DNA of 64,000 nucleotides, taken from NCBI GenBank assembly GCA_004294095.1, contig RDZR01000026.1, positions 16,411 through 80,410 of the forward strand, read 5' to 3'. Below, piece after piece: positions 33,135 through 42,022 of this stretch. A program made the translations under genes and the position numbers. Positions within the stretch are counted from its first letter, which is position 1, and every line of letters starts with the position of its first letter. The notes beneath the pieces are model-generated. The model was not told the DNA's origin. It ran no database searches and saw only the letters and a list, made by a program, of their open reading frames with translations. The DNA comes from Verrucomicrobiota bacterium. GTDB lineage: Bacteria > Verrucomicrobiota > Verrucomicrobiia > Verrucomicrobiales > Akkermansiaceae.

Positions 33135-34535
33135 TTAAATTGGTTGACTCTCGGTTGTGGTCACTTTCGATCTGCCTAGCAATTGCCCTATCCCAAAGCA
33201 GACTAGCGAGGCCGCAATCCCAATTAGGATAGCTGGCACTGCACCCGGCTCCTTAGCTGCCTGCCACGCCCACGATGCTGCGCCGCCCCCAAGGATGGAT
33301 AGCCACCCTGCAAGGGGCTTAGCTTTATCGAGATAAAGCGCTGCGATTAACGGAACAATCATGCATGGAGCCCATATCGCATACAGGAAGAGGAGCCCAT
33401 CAATTATTGAGGGAGCGAATTGAGCCACGAAAATGGCCAAGGCAGCAAGCACGAGCGTTCCGCCCTTCGCAAGCAGCAATGACCATTTTTCTCCAGGGTG
33501 AATGAAAATGCTGATGATGTCGCGAACCAGTGAACTGGCGGCGGCATTCAGGCAAGCTTCCTGACTCGACATAACGACCGCCACAATCGTGGCGAGTAGC
33601 AGGCCGAACACACCAACCGGCAGAATAGCCTGTCCAGCTTTTACAAAGACGTCATCTGGGGCTGTGTCCGCAGGCAGTATGCCGTGCGCAACGATTCCAA
33701 AGGCTGCAACTATGGCCAGCCAGACTACCACGAAAACCCCAGCCATTAGAAACCCTGATTTGGATGCTGCTTGGGTTTTTGCCGAAAGAGCCCGGTTGGC
33801 ATACGGTGGAATTAGGACTTCACCCAACATGAAAGAGATGGCGATGCCAAACATCTGCCATGCAGTCATGCCTTTGAAGCTAGCAGAGGTAAGTTCAGAT
33901 GCTTTGTCGGAGAGTTCCGCCATACTCAGTGAGGACTGTCCGACTCCTAGCAGCAGTGTAATAGGAATTACAATGGCGATCATGGAAAACTGCATCCCTT
34001 CGGTGGCAATGGTTGCGCGCAAGCCTCCAGCGAAAGTCAACAGGGCGGTGGTTCCGGTGACGGCAATTAGGCAATACATCAACGGCCATCCAGTGATCAT
34101 GTGCAGCATCGAGCCGCCCACTTTGCCCATTATTGCGGTGAAGCCAACACACAAGCCGACTGAGAGAATTCCGGTGAGCAAATGGCTGAATGCGCCATAG
34201 CGTTTCCTCATGACATCACCCAGCGTGTTGCAATCCCGGTGTTGAGCGAGGCGAGGCGCGAATAGAAGGCCAGTAATAAGAATCTGGATCGAGAAAGTGA
34301 CCGCGAGGAAGTAAAATAAAAAGCCTTGGTCCCAGCTTTTGCTGCTGACGCCCACCGAAAAGCCCGGCCCAACAATGGTCGCTGCAAGGCTCGCGAAAAC
34401 CATAACCGCTGGAACCGAGTGCTTGCCCGTGGCAAATTCGCTGAAGGTCCTCGTTCGTCGTGTAAAATATCCCAGCACTCCCATGAGGACGAAGTATCCG
34501 GCTACGGCTGCGAGATCGAGAGGATGAAGGGACAT
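33135..34535 (-). CDS. Sodium:solute symporter (SSS) family transporter
   Basis: About 13 TM helices, and the N-terminus 'LDLAAVAGYFVLMGVLGYFTRR' is typical of the SSS family. I chose the ATG at 34535. The longer GTG ORF would swallow the palindrome at 34563-34587. Confidence 0.8.
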   Translation of the reverse strand: MSLHPLDLAAVAGYFVLMGVLGYFTRRTRTFSEFATGKHSVPAVMVFASLAATIVGPGFSVGVSSKSWDQGFLFYFLAVTFSIQILITGLLFAPRLAQHRDCNTLGDVMRKRYGAFSHLLTGILSVGLCVGFTAIMGKVGGSMLHMITGWPLMYCLIAVTGTTALLTFAGGLRATIATEGMQFSMIAIVIPITLLLGVGQSSLSMAELSDKASELTSASFKGMTAWQMFGIAISFMLGEVLIPPYANRALSAKTQAASKSGFLMAGVFVVVWLAIVAAFGIVAHGILPADTAPDDVFVKAGQAILPVGVFGLLLATIVAVVMSSQEACLNAAASSLVRDIISIFIHPGEKWSLLLAKGGTLVLAALAIFVAQFAPSIIDGLLFLYAIWAPCMIVPLIAALYLDKAKPLAGWLSILGGGAASWAWQAAKEPGAVPAILIGIAASLVCFGIGQLLGRSKVTTTESQPI

Positions 34536-34562
34536 TGGAGAACAGGCTATGTGTTGATTATT

Positions 34563-34587
34563 GGGCGTGACAGGATCGGTCACGCCC
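34563..34587. promoter_or_regulatory. Perfect palindrome GGGCGTGAC-N7-GTCACGCCC, 28 nt upstream of the symporter ATG
   Basis: 9-bp perfect arms with the same CGTGAC core seen upstream of the other island transcription units. Confidence 0.55.
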
Positions 34588-34780
34588 ACATTTGGGATCT
34601 TCGCGACAGAGCCTTTTACACGGCAATTCGTTGATATTCAAGCTTTCTTACCCGCTTTGGAACACACGGAAGGGAGAGGGAATTCAGCGTAAATTGGAAA
34701 CTCAAGGTGTTTTTTCCATCCACGATGCTTTCGATGATCTCAATTTTGTCGTGTGTTGCGGCGATCCCGCAGGAGAAAAT

Positions 34781-35377
34781 TTAGGTATTCAGTCGATCAA
34801 GTGCCCGGCGGAGTTCCTCGGTTAACTCGTGTTTGAAAAACCAATCGCGGAGTGCCTCATCGCCGACTTCGGTGGAGAGATTTTCAGCAGCGCCCACTTG
34901 TTCGGGGTAGCACTCTCCCGCCTTGAATCCATGGAGTCCATCCGCCGCACGGATGGTGAAATGCTCGGTGACTCCTTCATAGAGATCACGGAGGGATTCG
35001 TTCGCATGGACTTCGCGGAGCGTCTCCGGGTGGGTCATCCGGTGAAGATCTTCATGGATGAGGGTGGCGATTTCCTGGCCGACATCTGCTTTCAGAACGT
35101 GGGCGGGGTCTTCAAGATAGGTCGAATACCCGAGAATGCCTTCTGTCGATTTGATCCCGGCCTCGCGGGCGCTCTCGACGAAATCGTCTCGTTTTTCGAG
35201 GAGATCGGGGATTTCCCGGAGTTTTTCGAATTTCTCGGGGGCTATTGAGTTCGCATACTCTGCATGAAGCCGTCTTTCCGCGATTTCACGCGGGATGTCG
35301 TCCAGCGTTTCAAGCCGACGATCCGACATTTGAGATTCGCTGGCTTCGGAACTGAGTTCGCTGGACTGGGTTTTCAT
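34781..35377 (-). CDS. Hypothetical HExxH protein (putative zincin-like metallopeptidase/effector)
   Basis: 'TLIHEDLHRMTHP' with a downstream 'EGVTEHF'. There is an ATGA overlap with the HerA-like ATPase stop. I chose the ATG at 35377. Confidence 0.55.
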   Translation of the reverse strand: MKTQSSELSSEASESQMSDRRLETLDDIPREIAERRLHAEYANSIAPEKFEKLREIPDLLEKRDDFVESAREAGIKSTEGILGYSTYLEDPAHVLKADVGQEIATLIHEDLHRMTHPETLREVHANESLRDLYEGVTEHFTIRAADGLHGFKAGECYPEQVGAAENLSTEVGDEALRDWFFKHELTEELRRALDRLNT

Positions 35378-37839
35378 GGTTTCGGTTTGTAGGCGTGGGT
35401 TTGAAACGCTTCCCGGAGACGAGTCAACGTGCCGCGACTCAGGCCGGCAGCCGTTCCAAGAGAGATCAGAAAACACAAGGGGCCAGCGGGAAGTGATGAA
35501 ATCATTCCCGGTTGATCGCAGATCTCACGAGTAGCCCAGTCCCAAGTGGCGGACTCGCTTTCCTGGAGAACGCGCTGAAGCTCGGCGAGGCGGCGTTGCA
35601 GGTGGGCGGGGTTGGCTCCCGAGAGTTGGGCGGAACAATTTACGGTGGTGCAGACCGGGCAGGCTGAGATTTTACACACCGGATTTTCCACAGAAGGCAG
35701 CGGCAAATGAGGCAAGGGAAGCCTCCCGTAGGTGATGGCTGGATTTGGCAGGCGCAGGCGGAATGGGCGAGTCCTGCGATCCGAGCGGAGGATGGCATCA
35801 CCCACAGGCAGAGCACCGAGTAGGTCGATCTGGTTGGCTGGGAGTCCGGCGGCCCGTCCGGCGAGTTCGCGGTCGGCGGGATGGTCAAGGCGATGAAGAA
35901 TCTTCGTGCCGGTATTGGCAATTACAGATGGAACAAGTGCCGACGGGGTTTGATCGACGATGATCATGCCGACGCCCAGACCGCGCATTTCGGCAAGCAT
36001 GTTGGCCAAGCTTTCGACGGCTTGATTGCGGGAGGCGTTGGCGGCGGTTTCGGGCACGGCTTTCAAGAGGCGGTGAGCTTCCTCAATCAGGAGGGCGTGA
36101 CGAAGTGAGTCACTCTGCCCCTCAAGCCTCCAATGATGCCGCAATTGCAGAGTGATCAATCCCATGATCAGGGCTTGGGACGGCGCATCCGTGAGGGCTG
36201 ACAACTCGATAATGGTGGGACGTTTCACCAAGCTGGCGATGTCGAGCCCCAGAGATGATTTAAGTTCGGGAGCCAACGGCCCTTCGAGCAACCGACGCAT
36301 ACGAAGCAGTAAACCGGCACGAATATTTCCCGTGATTTCAGCGCCGTATCCAAATTTTGACGCACTGCGGTCAATTTCATCGACCAGATCAGCGAGAGTG
36401 GGCGGCGGTCCATGGGGAACCAACCCGGCGAGGTTCCAGCCATGGTTTCGATAGGTCTGCTCAATCGCGGTGGCCAATACCTCCGGCATGGGAGCAACCA
36501 ACTCGAAAGCGGATGCAAACACCGTGAAGAGGGCGGTCGTGTGCTCAGCAAGTCCGACGCCGGGGGGCAAGGCCATCGGGTTCAACGAGAGGCGTCGGGA
36601 CTTCGGATCGCCGATGGCCCACACGTCAAGGTCTGCTCCAATCTCGCTATTCAGAAGCCGGCGATAGCCGGTTTTCAATCCGGGTTCGATGACCAGCCAT
36701 GGGATCTGGTGTTCACGCCATAATTCAAGCAACAGGTGTTCGCAGGTCACACTCTTGCCGGATCCCGTCATGCCGGCCACGAGCAAATGGCGACAAAGTT
36801 CATCAACGCCGATTTCAAGCCAAGCTCCAGGCTTACCTTGATCGTTGAGGATTTTGCCGGAAACGATGGTCCGACTCTCGGTTCCCGGAACTGTGGCTGT
36901 CGCGAATATGGCCTGCATCACAGGACCGTGTGGAGAACTGGTCTCTCTGATGCTTGTTTCCACGACAAAGCCGGGCATCTCCCGACGAGGTGGACGAGTG
37001 AGTGCAGCGGCCTCAGATGTCCGAAGGAAAGTCAAAGACCTTGGGTCACTGGCATTCTGCCATCTGATCGGCTCCGGTTGTCCTCCATCCGCTGAGTAGC
37101 AACCATGAATGAGTGAGCATGCCTGATTAAAGACTCTCTGGTCGGACGCCGCGACCAGAGTGCGCACCAGCCAACCGCCTTCCTGAAAGGATGAGGTGGC
37201 CCGGGACTTAGCCGCCTCCACAAGTTTAAGGTAGCGACTCGATCCAGTATGATTGTCCTTCTCCAAACCGCCTCGTGACAGATACTCGTCCCGGATATAC
37301 TGCTCATCGCGGCACAAGCGACTCCACTCGGCTTCAATCGAAGTTCTGGGTAACGCTTTAGCAATCACAAGAACCATGAATTCATGGCCTAAAAGCGTGC
37401 GTATGACAGGCTCAAGTCTGGCCGAAGGCCCGAGACCTGAATGCCCACCCATGGCACCACGAAAGGTAAGCGCATTGATTCGCTTGTCCAAACTGGAAAA
37501 ATCACCAGAAGGTTCAAGAATGGCACCCGTTATGTGAGTGCCAACCGATTCGGAAGCACCTAAGACAAGATCTGGCAGAACCAGTTTCCACGAAACTCCA
37601 TCTTCTTCTGCAACGGCGCAAACTCCCCAAGTCAGGCCAAGAGCCCACCATGAGCGCACCACTGACTCCCATGCCAGATCCGAGTCAAGTTCAGCATGTC
37701 CTGGGGCTGCGGCGAGTCCTCTCAACCGCCATGCAGACAAGCCATCGACCGGAAAGAAATTGGGCCAAATGTTAGACGGAATTTCACCTCGCAGCATGGA
37801 GGTGGCATCGGCAAGAGATTGGTTCAAAAGCAGGCTCAT
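35374..37839 (-). CDS. HerA/FtsK-like (DUF87-type) P-loop ATPase, 821 aa
   Basis: Walker A 'VAGMTGSGKS', Walker B-like 'HALLIEEAHRLL', and 'GMIIVDQTPSAL...TKILHRL'. A long N-terminal non-ATPase region and a Cys-rich C-terminus 'CKISACPVCTTVNC' flank the ATPase core. Confidence 0.75.
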   Translation of the reverse strand: MSLLLNQSLADATSMLRGEIPSNIWPNFFPVDGLSAWRLRGLAAAPGHAELDSDLAWESVVRSWWALGLTWGVCAVAEEDGVSWKLVLPDLVLGASESVGTHITGAILEPSGDFSSLDKRINALTFRGAMGGHSGLGPSARLEPVIRTLLGHEFMVLVIAKALPRTSIEAEWSRLCRDEQYIRDEYLSRGGLEKDNHTGSSRYLKLVEAAKSRATSSFQEGGWLVRTLVAASDQRVFNQACSLIHGCYSADGGQPEPIRWQNASDPRSLTFLRTSEAAALTRPPRREMPGFVVETSIRETSSPHGPVMQAIFATATVPGTESRTIVSGKILNDQGKPGAWLEIGVDELCRHLLVAGMTGSGKSVTCEHLLLELWREHQIPWLVIEPGLKTGYRRLLNSEIGADLDVWAIGDPKSRRLSLNPMALPPGVGLAEHTTALFTVFASAFELVAPMPEVLATAIEQTYRNHGWNLAGLVPHGPPPTLADLVDEIDRSASKFGYGAEITGNIRAGLLLRMRRLLEGPLAPELKSSLGLDIASLVKRPTIIELSALTDAPSQALIMGLITLQLRHHWRLEGQSDSLRHALLIEEAHRLLKAVPETAANASRNQAVESLANMLAEMRGLGVGMIIVDQTPSALVPSVIANTGTKILHRLDHPADRELAGRAAGLPANQIDLLGALPVGDAILRSDRRTRPFRLRLPNPAITYGRLPLPHLPLPSVENPVCKISACPVCTTVNCSAQLSGANPAHLQRRLAELQRVLQESESATWDWATREICDQPGMISSLPAGPLCFLISLGTAAGLSRGTLTRLREAFQTHAYKPKP

Positions 37840-38726
37840 GGTGATTGGGGGTCAATGATGGTTTGAAAATGCGGTTGGTGCAGAGAATCACGAACTTTAT
37901 TGAGTTCACGATTCACCCAGGGAACACCGGCAAAGTATAGCCAGAGAACAGCAAATAAAAGAGAGCAGGATCCAATGATCGCCAAGCGGCGTGCATTGGG
38001 CTGACAGGGACAAATCGAGGCTCCAGTTCGCTGACAAACAATCGCATTCACGAGGAAGACTCCCCTGCGCCAAGATCCGATCGCACGGATCCGGTCGCCC
38101 TCCATCAAAGAGCCACCGTGCAGGTGCCCTTTCAATCTGAGTTGAGTTTCGCGCTCGTCGATTTCCCGCAGTCTCGCCATCACTACAGGCATCGGTTCTA
38201 CGACGTGACGCCCGTTGAGCGCCGCAGTGAGGTGCCAACTCTGCATCAAACGGTTTGAAAAAATGAAGCGAAGCACCATTAACGCAACTACAGAAAAGCC
38301 TAGTGCCATTAAAAATCCATAAGTCTGCCACACCACGATAGCTATCGCACAAGGAGTGGTCAAAAGTGCTAGACCCCAAACCGGGATCGCAAGCCAACGC
38401 CACGGATCAAAGTCCATCGGTTCGTGCGGAGCTTGACGGACAATGATTACTCGCCCCTCGATTTCTGCTGACTGAAGAAAAGATCCACTCTTTCTGCTGC
38501 GCGACGATCCAAGAGCCAGAGTGGTCGGTGGCTGAGTAGCAGTCAAAGCCTGCGATTCGCTGGGAAAGAGCGAATTTCTTAGGTTTCCAGCCGCGTCAGG
38601 TGACCTTGTTAGGCTGTCCAGCGGAACGTGTGAGTCATGGCCACACTCCGAGCACAATCCTTCGATGGCCGACCGTCGCCCACAAGAGGAACACCGGATT
38701 GCGATGCGTGGACGATCAGTGGTCAT
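37836..38726 (-). CDS. Zinc-ribbon membrane protein (296 aa)
   Basis: A strong SD (GAAGGAGGGG) lies 5 nt before the ATG at 38726. It has 'CSSCGRR...CSECGH' and 3 TM helices. There is an ATGA overlap with the ATPase start. Confidence 0.6.
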   Translation of the reverse strand: MTTDRPRIAIRCSSCGRRSAIEGLCSECGHDSHVPLDSLTRSPDAAGNLRNSLFPSESQALTATQPPTTLALGSSRSRKSGSFLQSAEIEGRVIIVRQAPHEPMDFDPWRWLAIPVWGLALLTTPCAIAIVVWQTYGFLMALGFSVVALMVLRFIFSNRLMQSWHLTAALNGRHVVEPMPVVMARLREIDERETQLRLKGHLHGGSLMEGDRIRAIGSWRRGVFLVNAIVCQRTGASICPCQPNARRLAIIGSCSLLFAVLWLYFAGVPWVNRELNKVRDSLHQPHFQTIIDPQSP

Positions 38727-39033
38727 ACCTGCCCCTCCTTCTATTTCGACGATCATGATGCGGAGGCCATGGCTCGGACGAGCTACAGTCCTGGTATCTG
38801 ATATTTGATCTTCCAAAGATGCCACGCCAAAGAATAGAAAGACCCAAAAAACTTATAGCCAGTGCCAACAGAGGGACTGAAATCTCGTCGAGCATCGACA
38901 ATGCGACTAATCCCAACGGATGACTCGACGTTAGCAGAACCATCAGCAATACCGTTGGCCAACGCATAAAACGCGGACCACGACCGAGCCAACACCAGCA
39001 GGAAAGAGAGATAGTAAGGATGATTGGGAGCAT
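38716..39033 (-). CDS. Small hydrophobic protein (105 aa), first ORF of the HerA module
   Basis: An ATG ORF with 2-3 hydrophobic helices. It overlaps the next gene by 11 nt. A GGCGTGACGGG site sits ~24 nt upstream of its ATG. Confidence 0.4.
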   Translation of the reverse strand: MLPIILTISLSCWCWLGRGPRFMRWPTVLLMVLLTSSHPLGLVALSMLDEISVPLLALAISFLGLSILWRGIFGRSNIRYQDCSSSEPWPPHHDRRNRRRGRYDH

Positions 39034-39083
39034 AAATATTTCTGGTTCGATATTAAGGCGTGACGGGAATTGTAATCGGGTAA

Positions 39084-39359
39084 ATTATTAACTCGCGCAG
39101 TATTTACTATGCGCATGGCATAAGAATTGCTGGATATACTTTTCTATGGAAAAACGAGACGCGAGGAAACCGCGGTCCAGATCTCAATCCTGACGAATAT
39201 TTCAACCGCGACGTGAAGACCGAACTCGCCAAACGCCCGGAACGTCGAACCAAAGGAAAGTGGCGGGAGAGTGTGGAGGGCGCGCTCGAAAGTATCGCAA
39301 ATCAGCCTGAGCGGATAGTCAGCTACTTCAAGTCCAGACATATAAAATATGCCATTTAA
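39084..39359 (+). mobile_element. 3' remnant of an IS630/Tc1-mariner-type DDE transposase gene
   Basis: The frame ending in TAA at 39357-39359 translates as '...RGNRGPDLNPDEYFNRDVKTELAKRPERRTKGKWRESVEGALESIANQPERIVSYFKSRHIKYA'. This matches the conserved C-terminal 'P.LNP.E' block of IS630-family transposases. There is no start codon and no upstream DDE part. Confidence 0.6.
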
Positions 39360-39361
39360 AT

Positions 39362-40240
39362 ATTGCGCGGGTTAATATCAGGCAGTGTTTCTCCGCGCGA
39401 ATCATTCAAGGCAATAGCGAGAGTCTAGCTGGACGGGTTGCAACTTTGGAAATCGGAGGGTTCGATTTGGATGAAACAGGAACCGAAAATTGGGAACGCC
39501 TCTGGCTACGTGGAGGGCACCCGCCCTCTTTCTTGGACGTTACCGACGAGGGCGCGATGGAGTGGAGAGCCAACTATCTGGAACGGTTATTCGGACGGGA
39601 TCTTCGGATTTGGTCAAATCTGAGCCTTCACCCCGCACAAACTCGGAAGTTGATGACTCTGATAGCGGACTGCACAGGCAGGGCGTGGAACCATTCCGCC
39701 GCAGCGAAGATCCTAGATTTGGATGTGAAGACGATCCAACGCTATGTGGATATTTTGGAAGCCGCCTATCTGGTGAGACTCTTGCCTCTGTTAGAAGTCA
39801 ATATACGCAAACGCCTTCGTAAAGCTCCTACCATCCATGTCCGCGACAGTGGAATCGCTCATGCCATGCTTGCAATTCAAACCCGCGAACGTTTGGAAAT
39901 TCATCCGCGTATGGGCCAAACATGGGATAGTTTCTGCATTGATCAGATCATACGGCTCACAGAAACGCGGCCTGAATACTGTCACACCTTTTCGGTTCAA
40001 AGCGGATCTGAGATCGATTTGATTTTGGATCGACCGGACGGACGCTATGGATTTGAAATTAAAAGTTCGGAGCACAGTCGTCCAAAAGCGGCAGACAAAG
40101 AGTGGATCAATCTGTTAGATCTCTGCTGTCTTCACCAAGTGAGACGCGGAAAGGGCAGCTACGATTTGGGCGATGGATTGTTTTCAACAGGAATAGAGCA
40201 AATACCTCAGATCGCGGCGAAAATTCGCGGAGGAATTTAG
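39362..40240 (+). pseudogene. N-terminally truncated DUF4143/COG1373 AAA+ ATPase gene (P-loop domain missing)
   Basis: The open frame begins mid-domain with 'SESLAGRVATLEIGGFDL...RANYLERLFGRDL...TIQRYVDILEAAYLV...GSEIDLIL'. The AAA+ N-terminal half is absent, and homology starts immediately after the transposase remnant. Confidence 0.6.
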
Positions 40241-40243
40241 AAC

Positions 40244-42022
40244 TCACGCAGCAGGCAGCTGGAGGATAAAAACGGCCCCGTTGTTTGGTTGAGATGGGGC
40301 TTGGCAAGTGAGGTCTCCGCCTTGTTCGCGGGCGAGGCGGCGTGAAAGTGCGAGGCCGAGGCCGACGCCGGGCCGAGTCTCGGCTGCGTCTCTTGCCGAT
40401 TTGTGGAAGGCGCGGAAAATCCGAAATCGCTCGCTCTCGGCAATGCCTGGCCCGTGGTCTCGGATGAGCAGAAATATGGATTTGCTGTTAGATTTCGTAT
40501 CGATTTGAATGGTCACCATCGGCGGCTGGCCTTGGCTTGCGTATTTGGCTGCGTTATCGATCAGATTGAAAAGAATATGCTCGGTGGCGGCGGTATCCAC
40601 GCGAACTTGCAAGTCCAATAGGCCATCCATGTGTAACGTCATGCCAGCAGTGGCGAGGCGGGCTTCGAGGCGTTCACGCGATTGATCTAACAATTCACTA
40701 ACAGAAATAGTGCAGACATTCGAGCGCGCGTTGCCCCGCTCAATACGGGAAAATGCGAGCACGTTTTCCACCAAGTGGGACAAACGATCCGCTTCGCGGG
40801 AAAGCACGCGCAGATAGTCTCCGCGCTTTTCAGGTTTTACCGCGCCGCTTTCGAGCATGTCTGAATACAAGCGAAAGGTGGTGAGCGGTGTGCGCAGCTC
40901 GTGAGTCACGGCGGAGACAAATGAAGCACGCCGCTCGCTCAGGCGGATGATGCCGTGAGCGAGCAACGTGGTGGCAACTACCGCAAGAATCACGGCGGCC
41001 CATGCGACGAGCAATGGAATATTCAATAGCAGTCCCACTGTGAATGGCACGGCTGCGGCTTGTGCAATGGCCTCATTTCTTTGCAGGCGAAATGGAAAGG
41101 AGACCATGATCAGCGGATCATCGACAGCGCGTTGACCTTCTGCCGGGCTGAGCGTTGCATGCGGGAGTAGATCGCGTATTTCTTCTAACAGGCGTTGGCT
41201 TAACGCATCTCGATTCAGCCACACACCTTGCACGGCGATTGGTGTTTTCGCGTTTGTTTGAGTTTGAGAATCAAAAATTTGCCTCAGTAGAAATAGCTCC
41301 TTGCCGAACCATCGGGAGCGCATTTCTCCTATGTCTAATATCTCGTTAGATGTTTCATCCGCTAAATGATCTACTGTTGCCAAATCTGCCAATTCCGCTG
41401 TTGGCGGCGATCCACTCGAAAAGTTTTCAACGCTTTTCTGAACGGCTGCGGCGCGTTTGCTGCGCTCGATGATATTACTACTTTTCTGGTAGGTATCTTC
41501 TCGCTGGCGGTTGGCCGGTTTGCTGGGCGGTTCAATCTCGATTTTGGGAATGGCATTCCATGCATTTTCCTCGTTTTGGATAGCGATGTTGAGTTGATTC
41601 CAAAAATCTTCGGGCGATGCATTATCTAACAAATGACGTTTTAATTGAATCATCTCATTGGTTAGAGATTCTGATTTGTTAGATAATACCTGCGGTGATT
41701 TTAGGGCCGAGTATTGATCAATTTCAAAATACAGGCGGATTTCCGGTTGGAGAGGTTGCTCAGTTGGTTTCTGATAGAAATCGATGGGCATCCGATTCTC
41801 CCGAGAAATGATGGCGGCCCCTGCCGCATCCATGCGCCACAGCGCGAGACGGGTGCGTTCTTCCAAAAACGCGCGGCTTTCAGCAGCATTCCGCTCGACT
41901 TCAGCGGCGATTCTAAAATGTTCTGCGGCGACCACGCCTTGGGTCATCCACGCCATGGCGCCGAGCACCATTGCGGCGCATAAAACCAAGCCACACCAGA
42001 CCCAGATGACGCTCGGCTTCAC
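40244..42022 (-). CDS. Sensor histidine kinase
   Basis: Two TM helices, HisKA 'FVSAVTHELRTPLT', and HATPase_c N/G boxes 'NLIDNAAKY', 'RDHGPGI' and 'GVGLGLA'. Confidence 0.9.
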   Translation of the reverse strand: MKPSVIWVWCGLVLCAAMVLGAMAWMTQGVVAAEHFRIAAEVERNAAESRAFLEERTRLALWRMDAAGAAIISRENRMPIDFYQKPTEQPLQPEIRLYFEIDQYSALKSPQVLSNKSESLTNEMIQLKRHLLDNASPEDFWNQLNIAIQNEENAWNAIPKIEIEPPSKPANRQREDTYQKSSNIIERSKRAAAVQKSVENFSSGSPPTAELADLATVDHLADETSNEILDIGEMRSRWFGKELFLLRQIFDSQTQTNAKTPIAVQGVWLNRDALSQRLLEEIRDLLPHATLSPAEGQRAVDDPLIMVSFPFRLQRNEAIAQAAAVPFTVGLLLNIPLLVAWAAVILAVVATTLLAHGIIRLSERRASFVSAVTHELRTPLTTFRLYSDMLESGAVKPEKRGDYLRVLSREADRLSHLVENVLAFSRIERGNARSNVCTISVSELLDQSRERLEARLATAGMTLHMDGLLDLQVRVDTAATEHILFNLIDNAAKYASQGQPPMVTIQIDTKSNSKSIFLLIRDHGPGIAESERFRIFRAFHKSARDAAETRPGVGLGLALSRRLAREQGGDLTCQAPSQPNNGAVFILQLPAA

